Source: Tubiluchus corallicola
Lineage: Eukaryota; Animalia; Priapulida
Assembly (NCBI GenBank): GCA_030141605.1
Contig: JAQGDQ010001484.1
Location: 1-38,603 of the forward strand
DNA length: 38,603 nucleotides
Direction: 5' to 3'
Below, piece after piece: positions 37,121 to 38,603 of the stretch. Both the position numbers and the translations under genes were made by a program. Numbering within the stretch: the first letter of the stretch is position 1; every line of letters starts with the position of its first letter. Under the pieces are notes generated by a model. It did not search any database and was not told where the DNA came from. It saw nothing but the letters and a program-made list of their open reading frames with translations.

Positions 37121-37672
37121 GACTACGGCCAAATCACGTTGAAAACACCGGCTCACGTCTGATCAGCGAAGTTAAGCAACGTAGAGCCTAATTAGTACTT
37201 GGATGGGTGACCGCCTATGAATACCAGGTGCTGTGGGCTGACGGGATGCCCACACTGTATCTGGACACTAGGCGGAAGAGCTGCACAAGCAGCCAACGGC
37301 TAGAGGGCGGAGAAGGTCAAGTGACCCAACGGCCATGTGTAGAGGAGTAAACCTTCCAAATCAGGAGTGGAGCCCCGGAGGCGGACCAGTGCAGCATGCT
37401 CACTGACTCCGGCAGCTCCTGCAGCCAACCTGGTGCCAAACGTATCGCTCCCCTTTCCTTTGGACTACACCAGGGAGGAAAAGAGAGGGTTCCTGTTGTC
37501 TGGGCAACTCAGGATCTCCATACACCTTACCCAGGCATGCGCCCTGGAGACGTTCAAGGATCGCACTGCTCAGCCACAGTCGACGCTGCAGCTCCATCAA
37601 TGTGATCAATAACTGACTCTCTTGGCGCACACTCCATTGTCTTCCGAGACAGAAGAATGCCAACCAACCAAG
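37121..37672 (+). mobile_element. 5S rRNA-derived SINE (SINE3) with RTE-type body, full-length copy 2
   Basis: 119-nt 5S-like head (37121-37239) without an oligo-T terminator, a GC-rich body, an RTE ORF-end remnant SRIALLSHSRRCSS (37554-37616), a (CCAA)n tail, and TSD TAAAGAAC (37112-37119, 37673-37680). Confidence 0.92.
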
Positions 37673-38603
37673 TAAAGAACTAGAAAGCATACGAGCATCT
37701 AATTAATTATGGCGACTTCTTACACGTGTTGTGCCTAAATTTTCTCACACTCTCTGGTTATGCACGTATAACATAAATTACATATATTATGGATGCGCCC
37801 AAACCAATATTAACAAAAACGGCAGAACGTCTTTGATTTGGTGCGATGAAACAAAATTTATTTTATAAACTACAAAACTCGAAAAACAAGAAGAAAATAG
37901 TAACTGCAGAAATTTAGCGAAACAAAACAATAATTACCAAACAAAGTTTGTAGTGATAAACAAGTAAGCAAATAAGTTGAGAAAACGACTGTTGGTAGAT
38001 TTAGTGTCTGGGCTTTACGGTGACAAACAAAGTCATCATTTTGCTCAGCATAACTGTTTATTGTTTGTATACCATCTTCACGTCACGTGACCCTTAGTCA
38101 TTTACTTCATATCTGACACTGAGACGCCATTACCGAAAATTACACATTTTATCTGAAACCAGATATATAAATTCCTTTAATAAACTAACTCATTTCTTAC
38201 CAAAAGATCGATTACGATTACGTGAAATTAATGAGAGACTTACAGTAAATAACTAAATAAAATTTACATACATCGTTGGCATTAAATCGTGAGTTAAAAA
38301 AAACATTAGTGCTTAAAATGGAATGATGTAATGAATGAAGCTCATATATGGGATGATATAAGAGATAGAAAGACTATTATTTGTTAATAGTATGTAAAAT
38401 TAAAATAACTTGATTAAGCTAACACCAATTTTTGTTATTAAACCAATGTGTAGCTAAATTTCAACACCCGATGCTTTTCAAATCAATTGCATTTGTAGGG
38501 CTGGTTGTGTCTCACTGCAATGCCTCGTTTCGAAGGGAGGCTTGCACTTGATTTGCCTTAACATTGTTTGTGTCTGCACGCCCCACGAACATGCGTGTGT
38601 GCT

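Noticed and set aside
37121-37239. Functional 5S rRNA gene (also 2655-2767)
   Set aside because: No oligo-T terminator, multiple substitutions, fused to a shared body and flanked by TSDs, so these are SINE heads.
37240-37553. HDV-like ribozyme in the RTE-like SINE body
   Set aside because: Some RTE 5' ends carry one, but I could not identify the nested double-pseudoknot pairings by eye.
37367-37690. ORFs inside the SINE bodies (also 2187-2527)
   Set aside because: They are chance open frames in a GC-rich non-coding repeat, and they diverge between the two copies at the internal deletion.

Overview
AT-rich, microsatellite-dense invertebrate (metazoan) genomic DNA; the 5S-derived sequence type suggests a spiralian/lophotrochozoan, but this is not certain. 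Nearly all long ORFs in the track are microsatellite artefacts. The only convincing genes are two tandemly duplicated, three-exon, minus-strand genes that the ORF track catches only in part: A = join(10967..10889,9922..9869,9705..9572), 88 aa; B = join(14894..14816,13056..13003,12798..12683), 82 aa. Each encodes a signal peptide, an acidic propeptide and an 8-Cys CS-alpha-beta defensin whose core resembles nematode ASABF/ABF antibacterial factors. Both carry an invariant C-R-G-D-T-C loop. The mature peptides differ almost only by non-synonymous changes, only B keeps a furin site (RVKR), and B lacks the TATA box and proximal promoter present in A. The rest is transposon debris: two 5S-rRNA-headed SINEs with an RTE-derived tail, two tRNA SINEs, MITEs of hAT, Kolobok, pogo/Tc1 and piggyBac type, LINE 3' fragments, a Penelope-type hammerhead ribozyme motif next to a ~25 x 80-bp minisatellite, and many simple repeats.
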